From Candidatus Freyarchaeum deiterrae (GTDB lineage Archaea > Asgardarchaeota > Jordiarchaeia > Jordiarchaeales > Jordiarchaeaceae), in NCBI GenBank assembly GCA_037305845.1, contig CP147778.1, positions 2,240,001 through 2,304,000 on the forward strand: a stretch of 64,000 nt of DNA, read 5' to 3'. The first letter of the stretch is position 1. The number at the start of each line of letters is the position of its first letter. The notes beneath the pieces were generated by a model that saw only the letters and a list, made by a program, of their open reading frames with translations, was not told the origin of the DNA and searched no databases. Shown piece by piece: positions 63,310 through 64,000 of this stretch. Made by a program: the position numbers and the translations under genes.

Positions 63310-64000
63310 ATGGTTATCAGCGTGAATCAGCAAGCAAAGTTACTTGTAGACAGAATGATAGAAAACGCTCAATTGATACAAGTAGAAGCAACCGAAACTG
63401 GGAACGGTGCACATATAATCGATGCCGGAATTAAAGCCAAGGGAAGCATCAATGCGGGAGAGTCTGTTACGAAGACATGTCTGGGAGGGTTGGGAAAAGC
63501 TAAGGTTGTCACAGCGCAGTACGGCGATGTTCTTCTTCCGTCTGTGATGGTTTCAACAAACTATCCTCCTATATCTACACTTGGATCTCAGTTTGCTGGT
63601 TGGAGAATCACTGACAAGGCAGAGAAATTTTTCGGTATGGGTTCAGGACCGGCGAGAGCTCTTTCATTAAAGCCCAAGAAAATATACGAGGAAATAGATT
63701 ACCAGGACGAGTCGGATGTTGCAGTACTGTTTCTTGAAGCTGACAAAATGCCAAACGACGAAATTGTGGAAGTCATTGCTGAAGGATGCAAAGTTGAACC
63801 TAGTCAGGTATACCTGGTAGTTGCCCCTACAAGCAGTATGGTTGGATCAATCCAAATCTCTGGAAGAGTGGTCGAAACAGGAATACACAAAATATCGGAG
63901 TCCGGTTTAGATCCCAAGAAAATCATATACGCCAATGGAAGTGCACCCATAGCGCCCATTCATCCTGACAACACAAAGGCTATGGGAAGAACTAACGACA
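63310..64000 (+). CDS. mch: Methenyltetrahydromethanopterin cyclohydrolase (3' end outside window)
   Basis: SVN, IDAG, CLGGLG, LGSQFAGW, GMGSGPARAL, APTSS.VGSIQISGRVVETG.HK, AMGRTND. Confidence 0.95.
   Translation, partial: MVISVNQQAKLLVDRMIENAQLIQVEATETGNGAHIIDAGIKAKGSINAGESVTKTCLGGLGKAKVVTAQYGDVLLPSVMVSTNYPPISTLGSQFAGWRITDKAEKFFGMGSGPARALSLKPKKIYEEIDYQDESDVAVLFLEADKMPNDEIVEVIAEGCKVEPSQVYLVVAPTSSMVGSIQISGRVVETGIHKISESGLDPKKIIYANGSAPIAPIHPDNTKAMGRTND

Overview
Archaeal chromosomal window, most likely from an Asgard archaeon. This is inferred from a longin-domain protein, two ESCRT-III genes, a MIT protein and a steadiness-box-like protein alongside F420 (cofGH) and methanopterin C1 (fwd, mch) genes; a Jordarchaeia/Freyarchaeia-like lineage is plausible but unproven. 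Most content is housekeeping: trm5, pcm, fen, cdc48, EF-1beta, pth2, truD, aspS, alba, pheA, proteasome alpha, trmY, rps26e, proS, larA, endoQ, ade, DGGGP synthase, the fwd cluster and mch. The main discovery is that three unrelated protein-coding genes (pcm, ribosomal protein eS26 and an EndoQ-family nuclease) look frameshifted or truncated in the ORF track. Each carries a 31-32 nt insertion inside a conserved motif that folds into a bulge-helix-bulge (BHB) structure. Cutting at the canonical BHB positions restores the frame and the motif exactly (ISAP-H-M, VPRD-KAK, YG-K-YH). With a two-intron tRNA-Lys(CTT) in the same window, this points to frequent tRNA-endonuclease-type pre-mRNA splicing in this organism. 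Other notable items: a non-canonical ESCRT-III/HerA-ATPase cluster, a Zn-ribbon fused to a duplicated CDC48 N-domain, Pro-rich proteins with WH2-like tails, a promoter/leader cassette copied three times in the fwd region, a TM-helix triplication in DGGGP synthase, and IS200/IS605-type elements (solo tnpB, a ~200 bp mini-element and a relic). No rRNA or CRISPR array was seen. All family calls come from motif recognition by eye, not database searches.
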